From Marsupella aquatica (Eukaryota; Plantae; Marchantiophyta): DNA of 64,000 nt. The position numbers were made by a program, and so were the translations under genes. The DNA is taken from NCBI GenBank assembly GCA_973895155.1, contig OZ316895.1, positions 19,482,803 to 19,546,802 of the forward strand. The letters run 5' to 3'. The notes below the pieces were generated by a model. It was given only the letters and a program-made list of their open reading frames with translations. It did not search any database and was not told the origin of the DNA. Of this stretch, positions 38,301 to 49,326 are shown one piece after another (position 1 is the stretch's first letter; each line of letters opens with the position of its first letter).

Positions 38301-38614
38301 AGTTCACCATCAATAACGCTCCATTGATGACCATTTGAATCCAACACACCGAGTGAAATCAGATTCTTACACATGCCAGGTACATACCTGACTCCGGATA
38401 CTGTGCGCACAGCGCCATCAAACATTTGAATCTTCACAGACCCAATTCCCTCAATTTGACAGGAGTGATCATTTCCCATCAGAACTGAACCGTTTGAAAC
38501 AGAGTAAGAACTGAAAAACTCACGAATGTAACAAATATGAAAAGAGCAAGCACAATCAAGAATCCACACATCATCTGCTCTCCTAGATGACGTGCACAGG
38601 GCATACCCCCGGCT
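35342..38614 (-). CDS. pol: Copia Pol (PR-INT-RT-RNaseH)
   Basis: WILDCACSFH, LWHSRLGH, HSDVWGP, RSDNGGEY, QNGVAER, YKARLVAKG, LYVDDML, YVDSDY, HIDVRYH. Confidence 0.95.
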   Translation of the reverse strand, partial: SRGYALCTSSRRADDVWILDCACSFHICYIREFFSSYSVSNGSVLMGNDHSCQIEGIGSVKIQMFDGAVRTVSGVRYVPGMCKNLISLGVLDSNGHQWSVIDGELQVRSGETVILKGSRQKNLYVLQGNTVCGEANVTKSHEEMTQLWHSRLGHMSEKGLAILRKNGLISDLQSCKLEFCEHCILGKQHRRAFGVGTHRSKAVLEYIHSDVWGPSPTPSHSGKLYYVSFIDDYSRFVWIYFMTHKSDVLSIFKKWKAQVENQTGNTIKCLDTRVKSLRSDNGGEYTSMEFEEYCSEQGITRHLTTVYTPQQNGVAERLNRTLLERSRSMLSQSGLPQEFWAEAVNTAAYLVNLSPSSAINFKTPFEMRYKRQADYHGLVVFGSDAYALTPKQNRTKLDPTSRKCVFLGYQSGVKAYRLWDPIAYKLVVSRDVSFNESRLLKEGENTQVSRTDKGKSPIPDLVEGEIGYEVHDRREGVAPIMELVPVPEEPEEFVDAGEQQVDAVELQIVPAHADQPESSARRTSGRTVRAPSRYGQWVDSSQLQEDDFTADDEGDALILEEGEPSSFHEASASKEKQKWTAAMQTEMQSLKDNKTWELVKLPKGQQVVDSKWIYKLKDNSIGGGSKVYKARLVAKGFTQEKGVDYNEVFSPVAKYSTIRLLCVLVVMFGLLLDQMDVVTAFLYGTLEEVIFMRQPLGFVKRGQEELVCRLLKSLYGLKQSPRQWNKRFDDWIRSQGFHRSVFDPCVYLKPVKNVVFGFIVLVLYVDDMLIAAKDRSEIVKLKALLSAEFKMKDLGPAKRILGMEITRDLEAGKLWLTQSSYARKVIARFNMENSKPVSTPLAPHFKLSSAFCPTDDTEKGLMSKVPYDKAVGSLMYLMTCTRPDLAMAMGKVSRYMSNPGKVHWEAVKWIIRYLKGTVDHGLLFDANAKNARSLIGYVDSDYGQDLDRRRSTTGYVFTLGGGCISWRSTLQKCIAQSTTEAEYVAAVEAAKEAIWLDRLITEMGLPQGNVKLHCDSQSALHLAVNQVMDSRVKHIDVRYHFIRQAVSDNLFELVKIDGKLNPADAFTKVIPLESFSRHRDVLQVLQLHHK

Positions 38615-39649
38615 TCATAAAACATACTCATCATTGAGTAAATCAGCTTCTCCATCAGCCCTAGCCACATTTGCCGATGAAGTTTCCGCTGCCTTTCCCT
38701 TACAGTCTTGCTTGAAGTGTCCAACTTGGTTGCACTTCCAACATGTCACCTGCCTCCTCTGAGGGGATTTACCCTTGGACTTAGATCTGGATTTAGATCT
38801 AAACTGGGTTCTACGGTCCCCAGTTGGTCGCTGCATACTCCTCCCACGGTTAACATTGAGGGCAGCACCAGATGATGAAGGCTGTGACGTGATGTGCATC
38901 TTCTGCTGAAGATCATCACTAAGCAAAGAACTTACCACGTCATTGTATGAAATGGTATCCCTATCACGATGCAACAACACTCGTGATAGGGACTGGTAAG
39001 ATGGAGGCAATGAACTAAGAAGCTGCAGAGCCTTCGTCTCATCATTCAAAGTCTCCCCAAGGTTTTCCAAGTCAACGACCATGTCGTTGAAAGCATCCAC
39101 ATGGTCTTGCAACTTCGTACCAGATTCCTTCATCCTGAAACTCATCAGTTTGTAGGAAGTGTAGAGCCGGTTCGACAACTCCTTGCGGTGATACTTGCTC
39201 TGCAATTCCGCAAACAAGGACATGCAATCCTTATGTGCACCTAACTGCTTGATGATGGGAGGCATGAGATAGAGTGTAACACACCACACTCCCTGCTCCT
39301 GCATGCGGTCCCATTGTTTCTCATCAACATCGTCTTCACGAGGGCTCAGCAGTTGGCCCATCCCTGACGCATAAAGCACTCCCTTCACCTGCTTCTCCCA
39401 TAGCAAGTAGTCAGAGCGCCCATCATACTTTGTCACTTCATACTTGGGTCCCCCAAGCTTGAAAGTCCCCATCTTCTTCTTTACCGTGAGCTCCGGTAGT
39501 AGTACTGCTTCCTCCACCACACGCCGCACCGGTGATGGTATCGGTGTCACGTGCTCTTCCTCCTGCTCCTCTCTCTGCCCCTGAAACCTCCGTGGTGATC
39601 CTCGTGCTTCAAGTTCCACGTCTTCGAAAAACTCCTCCGAATCACTCAT
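38615..39649 (-). CDS. gag: Copia Gag
   Basis: KYDGRSDYLLW, LLSSLPPSY, zinc knuckle CWKCNQVGHFKQDC; separated from pol by one in-frame TGA. Confidence 0.93.
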   Translation of the reverse strand: MSDSEEFFEDVELEARGSPRRFQGQREEQEEEHVTPIPSPVRRVVEEAVLLPELTVKKKMGTFKLGGPKYEVTKYDGRSDYLLWEKQVKGVLYASGMGQLLSPREDDVDEKQWDRMQEQGVWCVTLYLMPPIIKQLGAHKDCMSLFAELQSKYHRKELSNRLYTSYKLMSFRMKESGTKLQDHVDAFNDMVVDLENLGETLNDETKALQLLSSLPPSYQSLSRVLLHRDRDTISYNDVVSSLLSDDLQQKMHITSQPSSSGAALNVNRGRSMQRPTGDRRTQFRSKSRSKSKGKSPQRRQVTCWKCNQVGHFKQDCKGKAAETSSANVARADGEADLLNDEYVL

Positions 39650-40355
39650 ATGAGAAAGTCACAAAAAATGTTGTTTTTCACAACTTCTCAAAAAACTCGA
39701 AACTCAACACCGCCACGTAGCCCACAAAGCTAGGAGTCCAATACTGAAAACCAAAATCAAAATCGAAATTTGACGGAAAAGTTATTCAAATTTCGGTCGA
39801 GGTGGGTAAAACCTTGGGAAACTCCCCCGTTTTGACCACCTCAGGGAATAACCGAAATACCAAGTACAACCCGTTGTCGGAATTGCGATGTGATTGGTGC
39901 GCTGCATTGCCAACTTCAATGGCTACGACCTCACTTGTCAACAACGAATGTTGATCAATTGCACTTGGTGCCGTCACCAAGTCCAACAAGGTAATTGATT
40001 TTGCTTAGCCTTCCTCTTTGCATCAAAGAGCCAATCCCGGACTCAAAAACAATCGTCTTGCCTCAATCTCTCCGTTGAGTCAAAACACTTGACGCTTCTC
40101 CCTCCGAGTCGATTGCCAACTTTCTTCACAAAATCCAGAACGACGAAAACTTAGATCTCTCTGCACCACGAGCTCCGTTCAACGATTTCTTCACACCGTT
40201 AGAAAGCTCTTGCCCTGATCTATCCGTTGAGCCCATAAACTCCAAGTTCCATGCGATGGAACTCTGGAAAATCCACCAACACTCAACGCTGGAAAAACCG
40301 TCATGAAATCCCGTCACGAACACACGTCACCTCCCAAGCATGCTCTGATACCAAT

Positions 40356-40776
40356 TGTTGAGCATAGACGACGATCGCAACGGCAAGCCCATGAACCATC
40401 CAACGCACAATAGTCGACACAAGAGATACGTGGTTCACCTCCTTGAGGCTACGTCCACGGGAACACACAAGAGAGCTTTACTGAACTCTAAGCCCGTCGG
40501 CTATACCGAGTCTCCACAGTGTAAGCTCTTCCTATCTCTCAAGTGGCTCCATAACAATGAGCCTTGGTTCTACCTCTCCAAGCACACATGCCTCTTATGA
40601 TATAGTGTGCAACTTAGTTGTACCTAACCACATAGTTGTACCTAATCACGTAGTTGTACCTAACCACATAGTTGTACCTAATCACGTAGTTGTACCTAAC
40701 CACGTAGTTGTACCAACCCACGTTGTTGTACCAACCACGTCATACCTAACCTAGACGTAAGAGTAAATACCCAACA
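40356..40776 (-). repeat. Copia 5' LTR
   Basis: Matches 34730-35150 and lies next to the tRNA-iMet PBS. Confidence 0.95.
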
Positions 40777-43739
40777 GGGAATACACATGTGGGAATTCTG
40801 ATCAACAATTTTGTCGAGGGAGCTACCATAGATCATCTGAAGCATAGAGATTGCTTAAAAGCTTGGTCGATGGACCAACTCATTGCCAAGGATGGCAACT
40901 TGTTGTCTTTCCACAACATCAGGCAAGCTGTGGGAGGGAACACATCTCCAACAAGTGGCAAGCGGTCCTACGTCCATAAAAGTAGGAAAAGAAAGAGTCC
41001 ATCTTCCCAGACATCTAGAAGAGACACATCTTTGGCACGTCAAGATGTGTTGTTGATAAACACTAAGGACTATTGTAGTGAACATTGTTGCCAATATTTG
41101 GACCGCAACTTGGCTATGGCAATTAGGCAAAAGTGGTGGTCAAAATCTTTTGCGGAGCGCAAGGAGGAGGAAATCAAGGCGGTACTGGAGAAAGGATTCT
41201 AGCAGTGGAGGGCAAAGTATTGTGCTTGGAGGCATGGAGAATCATTCATTCAAGAGGAAAGACTCAATTTTATGCCTTGAAGAAGACTGTGATGGTTGGA
41301 ATGAACATAGGTACCCATGGTAATGCTGGAAAAAGGCGTATGTCCGAGAAAGTATCTCAAGCGTTCATGTCAATGAAAGAGATTATTGAGGAGGCAGCTG
41401 ATCATCATCCAGCCAAGTTGAGAACCATGGCAGATAATACAAGGATGGTTTTGAGGGAATTGCCAACAAATCTTACTTGGGAGAATATTAGAAACAGGGT
41501 TAATGTTGTCAACCAGGAGGCTGGTCTTCCTCCAATTTCCCAACCCACCTTGAGTCATCTACATCAGATGTATTTCAGGGAGTTCTCACGTCACAAAAAG
41601 GGCAACAACTTTTCAAAGTGTACAACTTGTAGTGAGTTGCTTCAACGGAAAGCAAACCTTACAGGAGCTAAGGAAGAGTTAGAGGGCCTAAGGCGTGACG
41701 AGGAGGAACATCACCAAGACCACACACAACAAAGAATGTGCTATCATACCTGGAGATATGAGTCCATCCATCGTCCAAAGGAAGTGTTATGCCTTATTCA
41801 TGATAAGATGGATCATTCAAAGACAGCTCTCCCAAGAATGCCCTTCAATCCTAAGCACGTGGATGGTGCCCAAAAGTTCCCAATTACTGTCACTGGTATC
41901 CTTACTCATGGTCATGGTCCCAAGGCCATAGCCCAATATCATGTTGGAGTGTGGCCAGGTGATGTCAACATCACTATTGGGTCAATTGATTCAATACTAA
42001 GGATGTTGGAAAACCCAAATCCAATGATCAAATCACTTGTGGAGGGGCCAGACTCGACAAGTCTTTTTAAAGACCTCCTTTTTGGGAGAGCAGATATCTT
42101 GGAGGCAAGTGTCCTTAGAGCATTTGAGGATGACATTGCCTACATCTCAAGCCTAGGTACTTTACTCACAATCCTTTAATTTATTATTATTTAATAATAT
42201 AAGCTCTCACACACTGACACTCTACTTTGTGTAGTTGTTGCTCCTCCTAGCCAAGGTTTCATTAATAGGGTTTAAACCCTAAACCCTAAATTGGGGTTTA
42301 GGGTCTGACTAGGGTTTTGTTTAAAAGCATTCTGAGATTGTTACATTGTGATGCAGCACCTGAGGCACCAAAGTTCAGGCCCCTTCCACGAGTATTGAAG
42401 CTACAACTGGATAATTGTGCCTCAGACAACAAGAACAGATATATGATGGCTTATTTGTCATTGTTGACGGCGAGGGAGGTGTTTGAAGAGGTTCATCTTG
42501 GTTTTATGGTGGTTGGGCATACTCATGAGGACGTTGACGGTATGTTCGGGCATTTTTCAGAGTCTATGATGCATAACCCCACATACTCATTGCCTGAGTT
42601 AATGTCCTTGTTCATGAGAGCAAGGACACTCAATGCAGTCCCACATTTTCTACAGGAGGTCCCAGATTTCAAAAACTACTTAGCTCCATTCATGTTGAAG
42701 GGCCCTGAGGCATTGGTGGGGCATTTAAAACCCAGGCTGTTTAGGTTCTATGTTCGTCATGATAGTATGCCATGCTTCCAATACAAAATGAAGTCAACTG
42801 ATCAGGGATGGTTACCCAAGGAAGGTATTGAAATGTGGTCATGGAAAGATGACAAAAGTCCTCACATCCCAATTGGGGTGCCCAAACGGCTACCAATGAT
42901 GGAGTTGAAAATTGTTCCTGAAGTGCTGACAGGGTTGAAGAAGCATGTGTCATTCTTTGAGTTTATTCTAAAGCGAACAAAAGAGGAAGAACCAAAGCGA
43001 CGTTGGACAACTCTCATCAATTATTGGAATGACATTGTAGATACTCTACAGGGTGAGCAGGTGCAATATGAACCTGAAGGTGCACACAACTTGGAATACG
43101 GGTTTTGGCCTTTATCAATATGGAGAGAGCACGTTCCACCAGAATATCGAAATGTGGCATGTGAGTTGGAGGCAACAGTGGATTATGTGGGACCAGCAAA
43201 AGATAAACCTCCTGAGAGTTTTAACCCTAGGGTTGATGTTGTGAAGGGCTGTTATGTGTTGGTACGGCCGGACGACTCAGACCTGGATGTTTATCCCGTC
43301 CATATGGGGTTAGTTGTTACAGATGTGGTAGAAGGACCAGTGAATGAACAAAACCTTCTTACTCATGTATGTGGCGTTGAGTGGTTTAGACCATTTATGG
43401 CAAAGAAGCAACGTGGTCAATCAGACTGGCAGCCAAGAGAGCGGTGGGCAGATTCTTGGTATAAGAAATGGGAACATGATCCATCTCCAATATACAAGGA
43501 AGCTGAGACAATAGATGTTTCCTCTGCCTTGTGATGTTTCAAAACACGCAAAGGACCAATGACAGGGCTGGTAGGAATTCCAAAGAATGTTGCTGTCAAG
43601 GCAAGAGACTATCTCTTGACATGCATAGCAAGTGACAAATCCTAGACAGTAATGAAGCATGTAGTTTAGCATACAGTTTAAAAGGCAACTCAGAATAGTA
43701 GTAGCCAGAGAACTCAAGTTTAGACAAGTCTTATCGTCT

Positions 43740-44316
43740 AAGTTAGTTAGTTGGTTAGTTTATTTAAGATATAATATTAGTTAGTGGGGCCTTAGTTTGG
43801 TGATATTAAGGCATGATATTATTGACATTCAAATGAATGTCCAGTAGACATTGTAATATACAACAATCCTATTAATAAATAATAATTATAGTTACACCCT
43901 CAAGTGAACTCAACTTTCAATGATTTCTGATTTTATATGGTTCCATGCCTGATTGAGTCAAAGCAATAGAAACTAACTAATTAAAGGGTGATACTATAAT
44001 TGTAGGTCACGCACCCTGGTGCGTGTCAATCTTTTTTGTATTCAACCCTATAGTAATTAAATAGACAAGTTAGTTAGTTGGTTAGTTTATTTAAGATATA
44101 ATATTAGTTAGTGGGCCCTTAGTTTGGTGATATTAAGGCATGATATTATTGACATTCAAATGAATGTCCAGTAGACATTGTAATATACAACAATCCTATT
44201 AATTGTTGTAAAGAAACTAATTAATTAAAGGGTGGTACTTACTATGATTGTAGGTCACGCACCCTGGTGCGTGTCAATCTTTTTTGTATTCAACCCTATA
44301 ATAATTAAATAGACAA
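43740..44316. repeat. Duplicated AT-rich blocks downstream of the transposase
   Basis: agttagttagttggttagtt...caatcctattaat at 43741 and 44068; tgtaggtcacgcaccctggtgcgtgtcaatc at 44001 and 44249. Confidence 0.85.
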
Positions 44317-45317
44317 TTGAAACAATGAATGATAGTTTAATTAAGGATTTGTGCATGGATCAAGAGATACTTGATGTCATTTAGTGATGCATTGTTATAA
44401 AGATCTTGTAACAAAACATTTGAAGTTTTTGACTATCCCACCAAATGTTAAAGAGGTTGATCATTCACACTAGTACATTTTCGGGCCTTTATTCGATAGG
44501 ATTTACATCGGATCCCTTCAGGAAAATTGCCGCAAAAATTTCTATCATCCGATGCAATTCCCAACGCACTTTGCGATGCACAAACCATCGCATATCGACC
44601 ATCGGACTTCCATCGGACTTTCCGATATTTTGGACAACGGACGTTCCGTTGTAACGTGTTACGGATATTTGATGTCCGATGTAAAATGGATCGGATACTT
44701 AACACGCGACGGAACACAACGATTTCCTATGTCCGATTCTATTTAAATCGGGATGTCCGATATATTTGATATGGCAATTTGTGAAGTAATTTGTATCGGA
44801 CATTGCGTTATTTATATTAACGGAAAGTGCATTATTTTTTGTATCGGACTATCCGATATATTTAAGATGGGAACCTTGAAGGAGGGGTCCGATGCGTTGG
44901 GGATGGGAAAGTTCGAAGGCAACAGAATCGGACACTGCTATATTACCGATACGGACGGTAACGGACTTGCAACGGATTATCAAATGTTCTGGGGGTGGAA
45001 TACAGGGTTTCATGGGTGGTTTTTTGGGGGTTTGGGTATTGGTTTAGGGTTGAAGGTGACATACACCAATTAGGAACCAAAGATAATGCTATAAACACGA
45101 GGTCAAAATATCAGATTCAAAAAGGGGATCACCCCAATATGTACAAAATGGATTAGGCCTACTGGGTAGACCCATCCTGGTCGTGATGGCACGATAGAAG
45201 ATGTAAAGTGAGCTTTGACTAGAGACTACACTGAGCTATATACAAGGTACCTCCTAGTGAGTGTCTAATCAAAGCTGTCTAGCACTAGATACCCGGCCAC
45301 CTAAATGCAACTAACCT

Positions 45318-47791
45318 CTAAAAAGGTGTGTTGCGTCCCTTCTTCTTCTTTGGGCGAGAACGAAGGGTGGGTACAGGTCTAGCATCATGAGAGCCCTCCT
45401 CCCTCTGGCTGCCCACAACCGTGGCAGCCACCTGCTCACCAGATGGCATGGGTTGGCCTGATGCAGGCCTAGACCCTGACCCACTAGATGCACCGCTAGG
45501 GTGGTCAGGCAAGGTAGATGTCCCACCAACCCCCGACATGGCAGAGTGAAAGGACGCCTCAGCTCCTCCCGCAGACCTGCTAGAGTGATGGGATGGTGCG
45601 CCGATAGATCCTGTGGGTGGCCCATGTCGTGTTGTACTCCCACCAGACTCACGAGATGGTGCGCGCCCTCTAGATCCACCATCCGGCACGTCGCCACTAC
45701 CTCGTCGGGAAGGGCCACCTGCACCAGATACTCCTACGCGATCGCCTCGTCCCATGCCATCACCTCTACTACCCCCTGAGTGCTTGGGCCCCGCACCCCG
45801 TGATGCTCCAAAGCGATGGGAGCCCACACCATCAGCAGCATGTGACCCACCCCTCCCTGCTGATGGGGCAACGGCACCAGATGGGGCAACAACACCTCGG
45901 GCCTGAGAAGTAGGGGTCACTGTGGGCACCCTCCCCAACCCTGCCTCAGCATCCTGCTCAGAATCTGAGTCCAACTCCTCCGACCCAGACCCCTCCTCAT
46001 CCTGCGCAATAGGGTTTAATTGCAATTAGAATGAATGGTCCCGACCATAACTCTAACAAATTCATGACAACCTTAAACATTATATCACCCTAGGATGAAC
46101 ACTTACCTCTCCCAACTCATCCTCAAGGTGGCGCTTTAGAGCGCGGGGTCCATCCGTCTTTGCCAAATTCCTCTCCAATGGCGCAATAGGGCGACCATAC
46201 TCCCGCTCCTGAAATTTAAAGATCCAAACCATAGAGGCCAGGTTAATATCAAATCTAGTATTAGCGTGCCCTACCCTAAACCAAGCCACCCTACATAGCC
46301 CTAATGTAACCTTAAACCATAGTTCACCCTAAATTATACTCTACCCTAGTAAAAAATTAACGTTAAGTACGTTCATTCAAAAATTTAAATGTTTTGCCGA
46401 GGGGTCCGATGCAGAGTCCGATACAGCCTGCATCGGACGTCTATCGGATGCGTAACCAAAAAATGGCATGACACGGTGTCCAATGCTGCTTCCGATGCAA
46501 AACCTATCGGATGAGTATCGGAAAGAACAGGCCCGAGAGCAAAAATGAGTTTTGCAAAGGGTTTAAACAAAAGACATAAGGCACAAACAACTCATTCTTT
46601 GTGCGAGGAGTCAGGTGATCAGGGAGTCGAGGTGGGGAGCAGAGGGAGGGCACTTACAAACTCAGCCTTCAATCGATTGGAGCCGCCTTGCCCCATCCGG
46701 TGAATGATGGTTGGCCTCCCCTGCACTCTCTCCAATGCTGCTATGATGTGCCTTGGTGGTTTGGGGAGTCTTGCTGCCTGAGCTGCCCATTGTTGCAGGT
46801 TCTGTTGAAGGGGGAGGATATCAACATTCTCCCCAGCCTTTCGCTTCTCCTCTGCCAGCCTAATTTTGTTGTCCCAATGTCTTCTTTTCAGCCAAGCACG
46901 GACTGAGAGTTCCTCCTCAAGCCAAGCCGCCCACTCATCCGGGGAAACATCGTCTGGACAACCCTCCTCCCTGATCACCTCTGCATCCACTGCCATATCT
47001 CCAAGGTACTTTCTGAATTTGTCTCGCTGATGATTGCGCATGTCTGAGAGTGATGCTGAAATTCATTTGTTTAGGAACCTGTCATCAATGTAGGCCCCGT
47101 TCCTGAACCGTTCCTTCACCTGCTCTCTGATTCTCAATCTCTCTTCCTCCTTCTTCTTGCCCCAGTAATCCAGTGGCCCCAAATTGGCCCTCAGCACCTG
47201 CTTGAATTGGCTTTGGAATAGATGGTAGCTCTTAGGCAATGGACCACCACCCGAATTGAGAGCTAGCTTAGGCCTGAGAGCTCTCTCTGCCTCCTTTCGC
47301 CTCTGCTCCTCCAATCGCACCTTCTCAATTGCCCTAGCTTCTTTTCAAAGCTTTTTCTCGCGTTTTCTTGGAGACAGTGTCTCCTCTGCATCCCCCTTGC
47401 CTCTCTTTGCCTCTTTCTTCCTCTTCTTTGCCTCCTTCTCACTTGCAATGCTTGCAGCAGCAGTCTTCTCTGCCTCACGCCGAGAGGCATCAATCAGCGT
47501 TTGGAGGAGTGGGACTACTCTCTATGCGTCCTCCACACTCAACCCTGCCTTGGCCACAAAAATGTCCCTCATAACTTCATTGTATGGCTGGGACGGTCCC
47601 CCTTGCTCTCCACCACCACCTGATCCCCCTTCGTCTCCCCCACCACCTGATCCCCCGCCCCCCTCCATCTCTCCTCCTCCTTCAAGCTCTCCTCCTTGAT
47701 CCAGCTTCAAAAAATTTGAAAAACACCAAGTGCGAAACGGGGCCCAACGCGCGGGTCTTCGCACCTGCATCGGTTCTTTTTTCCGAAACAA
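45318..47791 (-). pseudogene. CACTA TnpA-like accessory gene, multi-exon and disrupted
   Basis: Gly-rich N-terminus, coiled coil, PDDVSPDEWAAW and HRMGQGG (Ptta/Transposase_24-like), Gly/Ser-rich tail; internal stops. Exon structure is approximate. Confidence 0.55.
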
Positions 47792-48329
47792 AACCTGCTG
47801 CTTCCGATTCTTTCTGTTTCAGACTTTGCGAAACCAAAGGTATCGGACACGCAATCGGACATTCCGAAACTATCTGCTTTGGACCCCTCGTCCTTTTCTT
47901 GTGGCCGTGTATTTACCAAGTGTGGCCCGTTTCCTATTGCATCGGACCCCTCATGAAGTTATATCGGATACCTCTTGGCTTTCCCCGAGGGGGTCCAATA
48001 TAATGTTTTGAATTTGGGTTGGGTATGGGATTGGAGGGTTTAGAGTATAATTTAGGATATTTAGGTTTTGTATGGGGTAAGGGCACATGGTTGGAGTTAT
48101 TATTTGCTTTCATATTTGAATCCGCGTTTTGTAGGGCTCTACATATGTGAACGGGACAGTGAACGTGTCATGCATGTAGAGGGACCTCTTGCAAGTTTCT
48201 TTGTTGCGGAGAACAAATTTTGGGATTTGTACCGGACTATGTAGTTTTTTTGATAAGCTATGGTCTTGCATGCTTAATATATTGGGCTCTAATTAATGAT
48301 GCAATTGTGTATGGAGTCTTGGTGTTTTA

Positions 48330-49040
48330 GGGGTGGTTGTGGTGATGGGAACTCAATACTATGATATGTAATATAGGATCAAGAAAATACTACAAGAAGT
48401 TTTTGTATGAACCATTTTTGGGTTAAAGCCTTTTGTTTCATTTCTTTATAGGGGATTATGGGTGTACGTAGAGGTTTTATTAGTATAACATTATACCTTT
48501 TGTTAGGATAATATTAAACCCCTTCATTAGGCTAATCTTTGTGTTTGGATTTGATGTGTAGTACCTTGCTTTTGGAGGGGTGGTTAACTTTTTTTGAGGG
48601 GGTAGGGAGGTTTCGATTTTGGACAATGCACTATGCATGAAACCGTGCATCCAGGAGGTATGATGTCCTCTTGCAAGTTCCTTGCAAGTTTAGGGATGGT
48701 TGTGGTGATGGGAACTCAATACTATGATATATGATAGACAAAATACTACAAGAAGTTTTTGTACGAACCATTTCTTGGTGAAAGCTATTTGGATCATTTC
48801 TTTGGAGGGGTTTATGGGCTTAGGGTTATGGGGTTTTACTAGGATAAGGTTACACCTTTTCTTAGGATAAGGTTCAACCTCCATATATATTAGCTAGGCT
48901 AATGGTTGTGTTGGATTTGATGCACAGTACCTTGCGTTTGGAGGGGTGGTTCAATGTTTGTGAGGGGGTAGATAGGTTTTGTTTTGGACAATGCACTATG
49001 CATAGTGTGAGACCGCGCATCCAGGAGGTATGATGTCCCC
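48330..49040. repeat. ~360-bp tandem duplication in the CACTA divergent spacer
   Basis: ggttgtggtgatgggaactcaatactatgatat...catccaggaggtatgatgtcc occurs twice. Confidence 0.85.
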
Positions 49041-49326
49041 GCTTCACGAGCCGCATCATTTACACTTAATTTGTATGTTGGAATTTTTTTATATGTGGTG
49101 TGTTCTTCCTACACTCTTTCGCACTTACAGATTATGTATGCTCATTAGCAAAATGCTCACCCATATATGCAGAGATTTTGGATGTCCCACACCTTGTGTG
49201 TAGAAAATACGACACAATAGGCTGGCAAAGCGCGGGTATCATTGAGGTACAACAGACTTTTGTATCTCATGCATTAATTAATTCTATTTTGATACTCCAA
49301 CACTTGTCTTCTTTTATGCAGCTTAC

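Larger units (their letters stand above)
34730..40776 (-). mobile_element. Full-length Ty1/Copia LTR retrotransposon, very recent
   Basis: 421-bp TG..CA LTRs at 34730-35150 and 40356-40776 with one mismatch seen. TSD GGGAA (34725-29 and 40777-81), PBS TGGTATCAGAGC (40342-40353, - strand), PPT at 35151-35161. Confidence 0.97.
34218..43645 (+). pseudogene. Sola-type DDD transposase, split by the Copia insertion; parts 34218-34729, 40782-42156 and 42357-43645
   Basis: The frame is restored across the Copia TSD (LGN|THVGILINN). Motifs FSKCTTC, IHDKMDHSK, LQLDNCASDNKN and GHTHEDVDGMF. Phase-1 intron 42157-42356, frameshift ~41195, internal stop at 43532. Confidence 0.8.
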
